Origin: Octopus sinensis
Taxonomy: Eukaryota
DNA length: 64,000 bases
Direction of reading: 5' to 3'
NCBI RefSeq assembly: GCF_006345805.1
Contig: NC_043007.1
Location: 74,462,001-74,526,000 of the forward strand
The notes under the pieces: model-generated
Databases searched by the model: none
What the model was told of the DNA's origin: nothing
What the model saw: only the letters and a program-made list of their open reading frames with translations
Position numbers and translations under genes: made by a program
Shown: positions 13,958-26,179 of the stretch, piece after piece
Numbering within the stretch: the first letter of the stretch is position 1
How the letters are laid out: each line of letters opens with the position of its first letter

Positions 13958-15628
13958 ACAATAACTATTTTCTGCATGATTTTATTTTCTCCACTGAAAC
14001 TGCTTGTTTTATTTGACCGTTTTTCTCATTTGTATGCAGAGAATTACCTTTTATAATGACATCTTATTCAGTAATTTTTTTTTTTTTTTTTCTAATTTTG
14101 TATTGACATTCTAGACAACCTAGCAGTTTTTGTGGTTTTGACTCTGCAATGAACAGGGGTTAGAAAACATAAGAGAGAGAAAGGTAGCTTATACAAAGTG
14201 TTTTGGAATTAGCTTTAGGGAAAAAGGGATTTTGTATGTATGGATGGATGGATTCATTCGTTCGTTCATTCTGTTTTGAGACTATTTGTACACCTCAACA
14301 ACTGTTTGACTTCTGTAAATCAAATAACAAAAGTAGAAGTAAGATTATATGTTAGTTCATAAAGGGCACAAACAACTGTGAAGAGTTCACTGAGAATGAA
14401 TTACTTTGACATTTTGTTTGTTGCACTTGGTCATCACAGGTGGAAGAAGAGAGAGTCATCAAGTTTTTACATGCGATAGAGGCAATTGTTGAAATCTTGA
14501 AGTGCAAAATTCAAGAGATAAGGACTCAAAGGATGAGTTTGACAAGGCCAAATCAAGATTGCATCACTTTGGTAGATTCAAACTTGGCAAACATATACCC
14601 AATGTATAAGCCATAAGTAGGATCAATGGAGATAACATGAAGATTACAAGAGACTTTACTGCAGACTTTAAATTCTGATTGGCATTGATGAATCTTCTTC
14701 GACAAGTCTGTTCTGAGTAGCTGACTGCCTTTTATATAGTTGCATGCTCTTAGTTTTGTCATCGGTAGAAGCTTGCAACTAGTTTGGTCTTTGATATAGT
14801 TTTTCAGACTCACTAGGTTTTTTTTCATTCTTTGAAAGGAACATTCTAGAAGTTCTAAAAGCATGGCCAAGTCTACTGATGTTTATCTCTCAAAATCACT
14901 GCTTTGATGCTCATGACTCATGAGTCTTCACCTATTCGTTGACTCCAAGTTTGTCATACTGTACTACCAATGGTTGTTCATTACAGAGAGTATACAGAAT
15001 ATTTCAAACTGCCAAATTTTTTTTTTTTTTGTAGAGAGTTTGCATTTTAGATCTCTAGTACAGAATGGAGATTACGTAACATGGGCATATGTGGTACTCT
15101 GTCGGTTACCATGATGAATGTTATTTTGATCAACAAAACACCCTGCTTGTGAAATTAACATGCAGATGGCTGAATACTCCACAAGCATGTATACCCTTAA
15201 CATAGTTCTGAGGGAGATTCTGCATGACACAGAATGTGACAAGGCTGGCTCTCTGAAATACAAGTACAGCTAACTCATTTTTTGCCGGCTAAGTGGACTG
15301 AAGCAATGTGAAATAAAGTGTCTTGCTCAAGGACACAACATGCCAGGAACAACTGAATATGAAAGATGGTGTCAAGATCCATCTTCTGTCTGATGCATTT
15401 CTCCTGGACTTCTTGTCTCATCAATCACACTGATATCACGTGACACAGTTTAATACTGCCACCTGAACCTTGGCTACTTTTAGCAGAGACCATTCTGTTA
15501 TAGACAATGGGGCCAGATTTCCATTCTGAAGACATCTTCCTTTTTATATGTTACAGTGACCCTGAAAAGTATCATGTGTGCTGCTCTTCTTCCTCTAAAT
15601 ATGTTACTAAACAAAAATAAATAAATAG

Positions 15629-15990
15629 GTGCAAGCATGACTGTGTAGTAAGAAGTTTTCTTCCAACCACATTGTTGCAGGTTTAGTCCCACTGCATGGC
15701 TCCTTGGGCAAGTGTCTTCTACTATAACCTTGGGTTGATCAAAGCCTTGTGAGTGTATTTCGTTGACAGAAACTGAAAAAGGCCCATCACATACATATAT
15801 ATATATAAAACATCATCATAAGATAATTCATTAAATTTCATTTAATGAATTATCTCTTATAATGATATTTTTGCTTAAATACATTCATACGGATAGACGA
15901 AATTCATAAATAATGTATGGTAAAAGAAACTGGGAACCTAGGGAACAATTCCCTTAGGATATGGAGTAATTTTTTATCTGAATAAATATA

Positions 15991-16022
<32 letters not shown>

Positions 16023-16240
16023 GTGTGTGTTTGTGTGTCTGTCTGTCCCTCACCACTACGCAACAACCACTGTTGGCGTGTTTATATCCCTGTAACCTAG
16101 CAGTTCAGCAAAAAGAACCAATAGAATAAGTAACAGACTTAAAAAGAAAATAAGTCCTGGGCATGACTCATTCAACTAAAATGTCTTCAAGGCAGTGCCC
16201 CAGTATGGCCACAGTCTGACGACAGAAACGAATGTAAGAT
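15629..16240 (+). mobile_element. CORE-type SINE interrupted by a ~185-bp insert in its (TA)n
   Basis: Head and core 15629-15790, tail 16020-16240. Confidence 0.7.
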
Positions 16241-16621
16241 AGAAGATAAAAGAAATCAAAGCATTGGTAGTTGGGGTGGAGGAGAATGACACGGAATTAT
16301 TAGGGATGAGAAGTAGAGCAGTACTTTGGTACTTCCTACTGTTAACTTTGTTCTTTTTTATTTTTAAATATTGAGACAATAGAAAGATAACTTAATTCGT
16401 CTGACATATCATAAAATACATATAGATTCCCAAAAGGCAAAAAGGGCATGAATGCCTTAAATTCTCAATATTTCTTCTTCCCATGTCTGAGTAAAAATTT
16501 GTGTACATTTATTTTCTTGTTCTTTTTTTATCTACTATTTGGTCATGGGCTGTAATTTGGTTGTTATATCAGTTGTTCTTCTTTAATTCTACTTGTGTTG
16601 CTGTGAACATCAAATGGTTAG

Positions 16622-16867
16622 CAGGATGAGAATGGAGATCTATGTATCGACAGTGTCTATCGAGGTCGCCGGTCTATGCATGCAGTGGGTCCGACAGGTG
16701 GGCAGCATCGGCTTGAGCGAATGACCACTGTACCTAATAATGAAATGAATGAAATTCATATTCAAATTACTGACAACGTTCCTGAATACCGGCCAAATTT
16801 CGCTAATATAAGGCAAACCAGAGATAAACATAGGGAGAGAGAGCGAGAAAAGACTACAGACTTCAAT
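16622..16867 (+). CDS. CCDC9: CCDC9-like exon (QDENGDLCIDSVYRGRRSMHAVG...REREKTTDFN)
   Basis: TAG/CAG tandem acceptor at 16619-16624, aat|gtaagt donor; 246 nt, phase 0-0; overlaps ORF 16676..16921. Confidence 0.8.
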
Positions 16868-17895
16868 GTAAGTTTTATGAATACACCCATCTATTTATTT
16901 GTTCCTGTACATACATGTTGATACATACATATATATGTCTGTGTGTACACTCACTCACACACACATATATATATATATATACACTCACTCTTATGCACAT
17001 CTTTTCAGTCAAATGTATCACATGCCAAAGAACAATTTAGTAGTAAACTTTAAGTTTTCTACGTCAGGAGTTAATTTCTGTTAATACAACTGAAAATTTT
17101 CTGCATATTACTGAGATGTTAGTCATTTCATTGATTTTTGTGTTTCATGGGAAATTTCTATGTTTTGATTGAGTCTTTTGTTTTTTAAATTGAAGACGTT
17201 TAATATTTCAGTTCCTTTCACTAATAATAATTAATAAAGGCAAAATTTGTAACTTAACAAATAATTTTTACCTGTAATTAACTCCGTGTTAAATCGTTGT
17301 TCTATTCTGACTCTTGCATGTGTGAATTTGTGCTTTATATAAAACCAACATTGCTTTACTCATTGTTTTGACCAATTTTTTTCTTGTATGACCATAACAA
17401 ATGAATTGCTATAGTTTGGGGGTTGTTCTTGATTATAAATATTTTTTTCTGTTTGTGTGTGTATTCATATGTCAGAATATATAATTAAAAGAATAGTACA
17501 AATGATTGAATAGTTTTTGTTGGAACAGTTTTTTTTTTTTTTTTTTTTTTGTATACCATTCCTAGAACTAACCTCTGAACTGCAAGTTAGAAGTGAAACT
17601 TATTGTTAGCTAGGTTATCTATGATTCAGAATGAAATTTTGGGCTATGGGTGGTTGTCACCCCATTTATTGTAGTAAGGTTTGAAGTCATGACTGTTGAA
17701 TTTTGTGGTTCACGGGTCCACATCAGTACCATCAAACAGAGTGGCTTTGGACATTGTTCATAAATGACAAATTACTTAAAAATAAGAAAATAGAGAGAAA
17801 CTACCTGTCCACAAACCTTTATTTACTCTTCAATCAAACCACTAAGATCTATGCTAGCATATATCCTCATTTTCAACCAGGGAGAAAATGAATCA

Positions 17896-18496
17896 GTAAT
17901 GGAAAATAGGTTAGTTTCAAAACACTCAATACTGGAAATATGAAGTCAACGGAAAAAAGTCTTTGAAAAAAAATTTGCAAAATGTGTCCAAAAGCACCCA
18001 GTTTGACAGTATCATTCCCCACTAGTTTAAAAAAAAAATATTTTAGTTATGATTAACCGTGTATAGGTACTACTTTTACAGAAATGAAATAGCTACTATA
18101 ACACTGTGTAACAAAATTAAAATTTTTTTTTGTTTTTGGTCAGTTAGTGTTATTTCCTATCTGCTTCGGTCTAAAAGTCAAAGGAAATGACTACTATTCC
18201 CTTCAAACTTTGCTTTTGTGACCTGGATGTCAATGTTTTGAAACTAACCTATTTTCCATTACATTTCAAACAGATTCACTGCTGAATTGCTGAAGCAGAA
18301 ATATCATTATAGCAAATATTCTGCTCAATACCACAGATTTACTTGTCAGTGGTGGATCATAACTTGAGCATGTGCCTTAGTGGCTGACAATATGTGTATC
18401 TCTGATCATGAACAGGAGTAATTGGGGAGCATCATAGCCATGTGTTAAGAGGGATTCTTTGGGATTGAATGAATGTAACAAAAGCAAAGTTTGAAG
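17896..18496. mobile_element. MITE fragments in opposite orientations
   Basis: Perfect 29-bp IR 17896-17924/18234-18262 and 19-bp IR 18201-18219/18478-18496. Confidence 0.55.
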
Positions 18497-18639
18497 CCAT
18501 TCCTCGTACCTTCTAGGGGTAAGCAAATAGGAAATAATAGTTGCTACCCAAAGACAAAAATCATGTTACACAGTGTAGTAGTAGTTGTAATAATAATAAT
18601 AATAATATATGTAATATCTCTTTAGTTCTCTCTCTATTT

Positions 18640-20340
18640 TAGTGTGTGGGGAGGGATCAAACTGACTACAATGTTGGGGTACAATATTGCTGAACTACAA
18701 TTTTAAGATGCAGTATATTCTGTCAAGGAAAATAGATCATGCAGACTACTTATCAAGGCTAATTCCCAAGAGCGTGGAACCACTAGAAGAGACCATGATA
18801 GCATCATTGCAACCAAAAAATGAAGTAAGAAGTATTGTGTGTAATTTAATCCAGGAACTGCCGGTGACAGCATATGACATAAAAATGAAATCCGTAGAGG
18901 ATAGTTACATTACAAGAAAGAAAGAAACATTGAAAAATAAGAATAATAAAAATATAAATTCAATTTATTTCTCACTACATTACAATGTCTTAATGTACGT
19001 GTTGAGAGTAGCAGTGCTAAGTGCACTACAGAAGTGAGTATTGCAACAATTCCACTGTGAGTACCTGGGAATGTCTAGAATGTAAGGTTTAATGAGGAGC
19101 TTTGTATATTGGCCGACTATGAACAGGGACATTGAAAAATTGGTGAAAGCATGTAGAAGTTGCATGTTAGCAACCAAAGCACCACCTGTAAAATACCAAT
19201 CATGGCCAGAGACTCAGAGCCCAAGGTCCAGGATACATATCGACTATGCTGGACCAGTGAACGGCACATACTATCTAATCATTGTGAATAGCTAGAGGTA
19301 TGCAGATGTAATAAACCCACAGCAAAGACAACAATAAAGTTCCTACTTGAGTTATTTGCTTGATACGGTGTTCCAGACATGTTAAGTTTCAGATCATTGA
19401 ATACAATTCATGGGATCTGAATTTAGAAATTTCTACAAAATACAAACCATAAAGCACATCTTTACGCCACTCTACCACCTGAGGTCAAAGTTGCAGGCAG
19501 AAAGATTTTTCAACACGTTCAAAAGAGCTCTAAGAAAAGCTAGGAATGAACTAGATAACGACAGAGTTGATGTTTGCATATAAAATAAAATCGATCTTCA
19601 ATAAATTATTGCCAAGAAAAAAAAAAGATTGAAAAATACATTTGAAGGAAATACAAGAAATATTACTTTTCAAAGTAGGAGATAAAGTTCATTTTAAAAA
19701 TTACAAAAATGGTAAAGAAGGTTGGGAGGATGGCTGTGTAATCAAAAGATTAGGTAACATGATGTATTTACCAATGGAAGTCTTCTATGATATCTTTGAA
19801 GTACCAGCACCAAGGGATATTAAACCCCATAGAACTAGCTTCAGAAAATGAAAGCAGACAGAATATCTGAAAGTTATACCTAAACAAGATTTTAATCCCT
19901 CCCTGCTCCAAAAAAACGAATGCTTAGTACAACGAAAAGAAAAGTGCTGTGTGCAATGAACAATACTATCTTAAAAGTTGGGCAACAATTAAGATACAAC
20001 AGCTAAAAATCAAAAAATGGGAGAGGTATTAGAAAGAAAAAATTAAAATAAAGAAATTCTGCTTTCTCACTAGTTGAAATCTCAAAAGTGGAGATGTGAT
20101 GAGAGCTATGGTGCCCCTTTGTGAAAGATAGACTGGTCTGAGTAAAGTATAAATTGTAACGATCTGACTGAGTTTGGAGTGAACTGACATTCATGTTAGT
20201 TCGCAGTGAAGTCAGGTGTCAGTTGGTTAGTTCACAAGGAATATTGAATTTTGGTTCGTAAAGAGATTTGTCAGTTCGTTACATTATTTTTACTGTTGTC
20301 TGGTTATCTTATTTATTGTACATAACAAATTATGTTACAA
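18640..20340 (+). mobile_element. Decayed Gypsy/Ty3 LTR retrotransposon 3' part (RNase H end, integrase, probable 3' LTR)
   Basis: HADYLSRL; H..H/C..C zinc finger (YWPTMNRDIEKLVKACRSC); RIHIDYAGP integrase core; FKVGDKVHFKNY C-terminus; purine tract ~20030-20044; stops and frameshifts. Confidence 0.88.
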
Positions 20341-21214
20341 CTAAAGATTATCTCCTGCCCACCCCAACACACACTTTTATTCAGAAAGAAAGAGAAACAA
20401 TGTAATAAGACTTTATCACTTTTGAGATGATTTTTTTTTTTAATAGTATTTCGTTATGTATTTGATGTACTTGCTTAACGAGTAATTTGATCTGAGACTG
20501 TGTTGACACTAAAGCAGTTATAATGCAGAAGACACATATTAACCATTCAGAAACACACAAAAGCTGAACAGTTTTTGCGTATTTTTGAATGACTAATATG
20601 TGTCCTCCATGCTTTCTTTTATTCTTTCACTTTTAGGGGTTCCAGGCACTGGACTGCAACCATGTTGTCTAATACTGCAGGTTTTAGTCAATCAAATCAA
20701 CCCCACTACTTACTTTTTTAAAAGCCTGTTACTTATTCTAGCAATCTGTACTTTTGTTGAGCCATTAAGTTACAGGATGTAAACTAACACCAGCTGTCAA
20801 ACAGTGTCCCTGTAAAGACAAAATAAGGCTGACAATCATAAACATATAAGTATGCATGCATAAAGGCCCATACATGCATACGCACTCACACACACAACAG
20901 GCTTCTGCACAGTTTCTGACTACCAAAATTCACTCATAGTGCCTGACTCAAGCAGAAGACACATACCCAATGTGCTACACAGAGGGACTGAACTCAGAAT
21001 CATGTGGTCTGAAATTGGAATTCTTAACCACACAGCTATGACAGCTTCAAAATGTAAAGTTATTTTATTTAACATAAAATGGGATATTAAGGGTTATTTT
21101 ATTGCATTACAGTAGATAATCTGCTCTTATAGCTGTTATATAACATTCTATGTTATACATGGTATTAAAGAGTTTCAAAACAATTTAGAGTTCGAAATTG
21201 AGATATATATTATA

Positions 21215-21376
21215 TGTAGAAGTGGCTGTGTGGTAAGTAGCTTTTTTACCAACCACATGGTTCCGGGTTCAGTCCCACTGCGTGACACCTTGGGCAAGTG
21301 TCTTCTATTATAGCCTCGGGTCGACCAAAGCCTTGTGAGTGGATTTGGTAGACGGAAACTGAAAACGCCCGTCGTA

Positions 21377-21433
<57 letters not shown>

Positions 21434-21640
21434 ATGTTTGTGTGTGTGTGTTTGTCCTCCCAACATCACTTGACAACTGATGCTGGTGTGTTTACAACGC
21501 CGTAACTTAGCAGTTCGGCAAAAGAGACTGATAGAATAAGTACTAGGCTTACAAAGAATAAGTCCTGGGGTTGATTTGCTCGACTAAAGGCGGTGCTCCA
21601 GCATGGCTACAGTCAAATGACTGAAACAAGTGAAAGAGTA
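21215..21640 (+). mobile_element. CORE-type SINE, full length
   Basis: Near-identical to 31042-31434. Confidence 0.85.
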
Positions 21641-22130
21641 CTAGCATATTATACACGCTGGTGTATTATATATGGATTTTACTGTAATTTAGCATTGATC
21701 ATTTGGATGTAGTGAAGAGCATGAAAGGTTTGTCTGCTAATGTGCTAAATTTTATTTGATATGACAGTAGTTTATAGTTGCTCTGCATTGATAACATTTA
21801 AGACAATATTATTATTATCGTGTTTAGGGCAACAAGCTAGTAGAAACGTTAGCATGCTCGGTAAAATGCTTAACTGCATTTCATTTGTCTTTATGTTCTG
21901 AGTTCAAATTCTGCCGAGGTCAACTTTTCCTTTCATCCTTTCAGGGTTGATAAGACAAGTACCAGTCAAGCACTTGAGTCGAGGCAGTCGACTTGCTCCT
22001 TCCCCTGAAATTGCTGGCCTTGTGTCAAAATTTGAAATCAATATTGTTATTGTGTTTACTTCTCTGATTTTGTTGGAATCACTTCAGAAATGTTTTATTT
22101 CTTCTATTTGTTTCTTTTTGCAATTCCTAG

Positions 22131-22391
22131 GGCCCACCACCTGACCCTGCCTACAACTTCCTTGCAGATAGACGCCGTGAAGGTCCTGGTTATGACCGAG
22201 GTGACAGGGATGGAGGAGGAGGAGGTGGAGGAGGAAGCAGTGGCAGTGGCGGGAGAGGAGGAGGAGGAGGGGGAGAATGCAGCAACATAAAAGATAACCG
22301 TGTAAAAGATATTCGCAGGCACCCAAAAAACTATGGTGGAATTGATTTCCAAAATGTGAAATCAAAAATGAAAGCTGCAAGAGATAGACAG
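22131..22391 (+). CDS. CCDC9: CCDC9-like exon (GPPPDPAYNFLADRRREG...poly-Gly...RRHPKNYGGIDFQNVK)
   Basis: Pyrimidine tract plus ctag acceptor, cag|gttagg donor; 261 nt; resembles vertebrate CCDC9 PNPVRNFLDDPRR and RRHGRNWGGPDFERV as recalled. Confidence 0.9.
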
Positions 22392-23803
22392 GTTAGGATA
22401 CAATTTATCATTGAAATTACATTCAAGCAGACATTGCTTTATTAACCATTTAATAGCTAATTATTCACTTTTAACACTTTTTCTCACTCGTTATTTCTGA
22501 CAAGTTCATGTTTAGAACAGTTGATGTTAAGTAAATTAAAATCACTTTTCTTCTTCCAAACACCCAACAAATCTGAAAGGTCCTGGAATCACAACATATT
22601 TTATTTGGTGCTAGATTAAACTTGTAATTTGGAGAAATATTTTTACTCACATATCTATAGAAAGTAACTTTATGAAGTATATGAGAGAAAAAATATAACT
22701 ACCTCAGACTGTTAAAAATATTATTCCAAAGCCAATTAGAATTAGTTTCTGCAGTTGAAAGCTTCAAAATCACATTCTGATAAAAATATATCAAAATTAA
22801 ACTTTTGAGAAGTTTTTGCTCAGTGTAGACTTACTTCAAGTAAAAAGTACATATTTCGAACTAATTCATAAGCAGCTTTCTTTGTGATTGTACAAATTAG
22901 TTTCAAAGCATGTTCTCTTCTCTTGAGATCTATATCCTTTTCATCTTATTCCACTCCATTTTTGGATAAAATCAGAAAGAGGTTGTGTAAAACATTGTGG
23001 AAATCCAAAAGTTAAAGCTAAGTTTCAGTTTTAACACTGCAAAATTTTTATACTTGTTAAATATCTGTAGCATTCATTGATATAGTAACATATCACAAAG
23101 TTAGAAGGATCCAGTGTTAATCATCATAAAATATATTTGGTGATTTCATGATAACCAGACTATTGGATGTTGTTTTACATCGCTGGTCACAATATGCTTT
23201 GTACTGTTTTAGCTTTCAAGTGATGCCATTTCATTGGCTAGACAAGTAGGCCAACATCCCCCTTGATTAGAAGGCTAGTTCATTGCAGGGTTACCCATTT
23301 ACAGCTAAGTGGACTGGAGCAGCATGAAATGAAATGTTTTGCACAAGAGCATAACATACAGCTGGTCTGAGAATCGAAACCACAATCGCAGGATTATGAG
23401 TGCAATACACTTAACCACTAGGCCACTTGCCTTCACAAATATGTTGATGATTTCTAATTTTGGAGGAGAAAACTGTTGATTCAGCCAATCCAGTAATTGA
23501 CTGATACTTATTGATCCTGAAAGAATAAAAAGTATAGCTGATTATGGAAAATTTAGCGACACTAAGACATGATTAAAGCATTATGTTAGGCACTCTGCCA
23601 ATTTGCTGTCCAGTAAAGTAAGTAGAGAATATGATCAATTTACTTATTAAAAGTAGGTATTGTAATGCTTTCAGAAATTTTCAGATGAATAAATATGAAC
23701 TATAGAAAAATATATTTGGAAAGTAATGCATTTATTGGCAGTGAAGTCAGATTTATAGCTAGGAACCTTAAATTTGATTTTATTTTTCTGTTTCTGTTAA
23801 TAG

Positions 23804-23985
23804 AGTTTCAATTCCACTCCTCCGACAAAGATGGAGATGTCTATATCGATGACAGGTCGTGAGAGACGCCAATATATGGAATGGAAAGCAGAGAGAGACC
23901 GAGTTGACAAAGAAAGAATTGAGAGACAAAAATCTGCTTCAGGAGAATGGCGAAGAGAATGGGATGCTGAGAAACATCAGCAAGA
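23804..23985 (+). CDS. CCDC9: CCDC9-like exon, conserved DUF4594 core (MSISMTGRERRQYMEWKAERDRVDKERIERQKSASGEWRREWDAEK)
   Basis: tag acceptor, ga|gtaagt donor, phase 0-2; close match to the recalled CCDC9 motif MTLSMTGRERSEYLRWKQEREKIDQERLQRHRKPTGQWRREWDAEK. Confidence 0.93.
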
Positions 23986-24514
23986 GTAAGTTGTAATTAT
24001 TTGATAATGTATTAAGGTTCTGAACTTCATATGTTCTTGGAATAAGAATTTCAACATATTTTTGGTGATGGTGCCCCATAGTAAGCACTGGTGCTGGTAC
24101 CACATAAAAAGCACTGGTATTGGTGCCACATTAAAAGCATCCAGTACACTTTTTAAAGTAGAAACCATACCAAAAACAGACTATGTAACTTGATGCAGTT
24201 CCTGTCAAACTGTCCAACCTATGCCATCATGAAAATGGACTTTAGATGATGATACCAATGATAACGATGACAATGAGGAAGAGGATTTAGACTGATTTCT
24301 TTGTCAGAAAGAGAAAATAATTTTTGTGTCCTTTATTTATCAAAGTGTCAAAAGCTAAAGTTTCTACAGCTGAAGCACTAATTCGTCACTCTTAGCATCT
24401 TTTGATAGGCAAGGGACACTAAAAAAATCATCTGAAGAAAGCAGGAGACATACTTTGGTGTTAAACTATTTCAACTAAAGCGTCTTCTGTACAGTTGGCA
24501 AAACTAAGAGTGAT

Positions 24515-24548
<34 letters not shown>

Positions 24549-24692
24549 AATATAAGAGAGTGGTCAATATATTGCTCACTCTAGCACCAGTTAATCCAAA
24601 AGGTTTCAACCACGAAGATACATGTTTCCCATGAAAGCCAGTACGACTGTTAGCTCACACGGACAGGGCAAGTAAAAAATAACAAAAATACA

Positions 24693-24784
24693 GATTATTT
24701 TGGGACAATTGTTTCGCTATTAATGAATTAAATGTAATATTACTTACAAAAAAATCCATTTGTAGCTCGTCAGCCAAGACTATC
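24693..24784 (-). ncRNA. Type I hammerhead ribozyme, family B, left arm
   Basis: Reverse complement of 25489-25580; core intact; predicted cleavage between 24704 and 24703. Confidence 0.85.
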
Positions 24785-25488
24785 TGGATGAAATCCACTC
24801 AATCACACGCCAGATTTTACCATAACGATAATACGCGTGTGGTTCAATTGATTCCATCCGACGTTATAATTCAAATGCCCCAACCAACAGCGCGCCAAAC
24901 TTTCACGGAAAACAAATACAGCATTTAGAAATAAATGCAGCATAATTATAATTAATTAATAAGGGTGAGAGAATTAGATACTAATTAATAGTATATTTAT
25001 TCAACACCAAGTGGCCTAGTGCTACGAGAAACCTGGATTATTATAATATTTTATAACATATTACAATACTTTTACAAAACAAATATAAGAGAGTGGTCAA
25101 TATATTGCTCACTCTAGCACCAGTTAATCCAAAAGGTTTCAACCACGAAGATACATGTTCCGAGCAATATATTGACCACTCTCTTATATTTGTTTTGTAA
25201 AAGTATTGTAATATGTTATAAAATATTATAATAATCCAGGTTCTCGTAGCACTAGGCCACTTGGTGTTGAATAAATATACTATTAAATTAGTATCTAATT
25301 CTCTCACCCTTATTAATTAATTATAATTATGCTGCATTTATTTCTAAATGCTGTATTTGTTTTCCGTGAAAGTTTGGCGCGCTGTTGGTTGGGGCATTTG
25401 AATTATAACGTCGGATGGAATCAATTGAACCACACGCGTATTTATCGTTATGGTAAAATCTGGCGTGTGATTGAGTGGATTTCATCCA

Positions 25489-25580
25489 GATAGTCTTGGC
25501 TGACGAGCTACAAATGGATTTTTTTGTAAGTAATATTACATTTAATTCATTAATAGCGAAACAATTGTCCCAAAATAATC
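25489..25580 (+). ncRNA. Type I hammerhead ribozyme, family B, right arm
   Basis: CTGACGA 25500-25506; GCTA 25507-25510 / TAGC 25554-25557; GAAA 25558-25561; palindrome ACAATTGT 25561-25568; GUC site, cleavage 25569/25570; stem I gatagtcttgg/ccaaaataatc. Confidence 0.88.
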
Positions 25581-25850
25581 TGTATTTTGTTATTTTTTAC
25601 TTGCCCTGTCCGTGTGAGCTAACAGTCGTACTGGCTTTCATGGGAAACATGTATCTTCGTGGTTGAAACCTTTTGGATTAACTGGTGCTAGAGTGAGCAA
25701 TATATTGACCACTCTCTTATATTTGTTTTGTAAAAGTATTGTAATATGTTATAAAATATTATAATAATCCAGGTTTCTCGTAGCACTAGGCCACTTGGTG
25801 TTGAATAAATATACTATTAAATTAGTATCTAATTCTCTCACCCTTATTAA

Positions 25851-25895
<45 letters not shown>

Positions 25896-25997
25896 AATAG
25901 GCAAATGTAGCAATCCTGAATATGAACATCAACAATACAGTTGAAGGACAGTACCTCTGGAGAGCTGTCTATAATATACACCTACAGTAGGGTCTCA

Positions 25998-26179
25998 CAT
26001 TACACCAATAACGACACATGCACTAGCTCAGTATCACTTCATTATTGTTAGTTACTGATTGATTGTATAACCAGCACCCTAAATAATCGATTAGTTAGTT
26101 GGTTAGTTATTTTAACCAATTGACTAACAATAAAGAAGTGATACTCAGCTAGTGTGTTGTTATTATTATTGGTGTAATG
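25998..26179. mobile_element. Small fold-back element; related sequence at ~12830-12990
   Basis: cattacaccaataa...ctagctcagtatcacttc...ttattgttagt versus actaacaataa...gaagtgatactcagctag...ttattggtgtaatg. Confidence 0.6.

Larger units (their letters stand above)
24543..25856. mobile_element. Hammerhead-bearing 533-bp tandem unit in a head-to-head palindrome inside (TA)n; retrozyme/Penelope-like non-autonomous element (family B)
   Basis: Period 533 on both arms (24543/25076; 25162/25695); 25162-25729 is the near-perfect reverse complement of 24543-25110; (TA)n on both flanks. Confidence 0.85.

Noticed and set aside
14400-14950. 105-aa minus ORF, considered as a possible Penelope RT fragment
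   Set aside because: No convincing RT or GIY-YIG motif by eye; needs tBLASTx/HMM. The same applies to 3500-4210, 6180-6440 and 13200-13330
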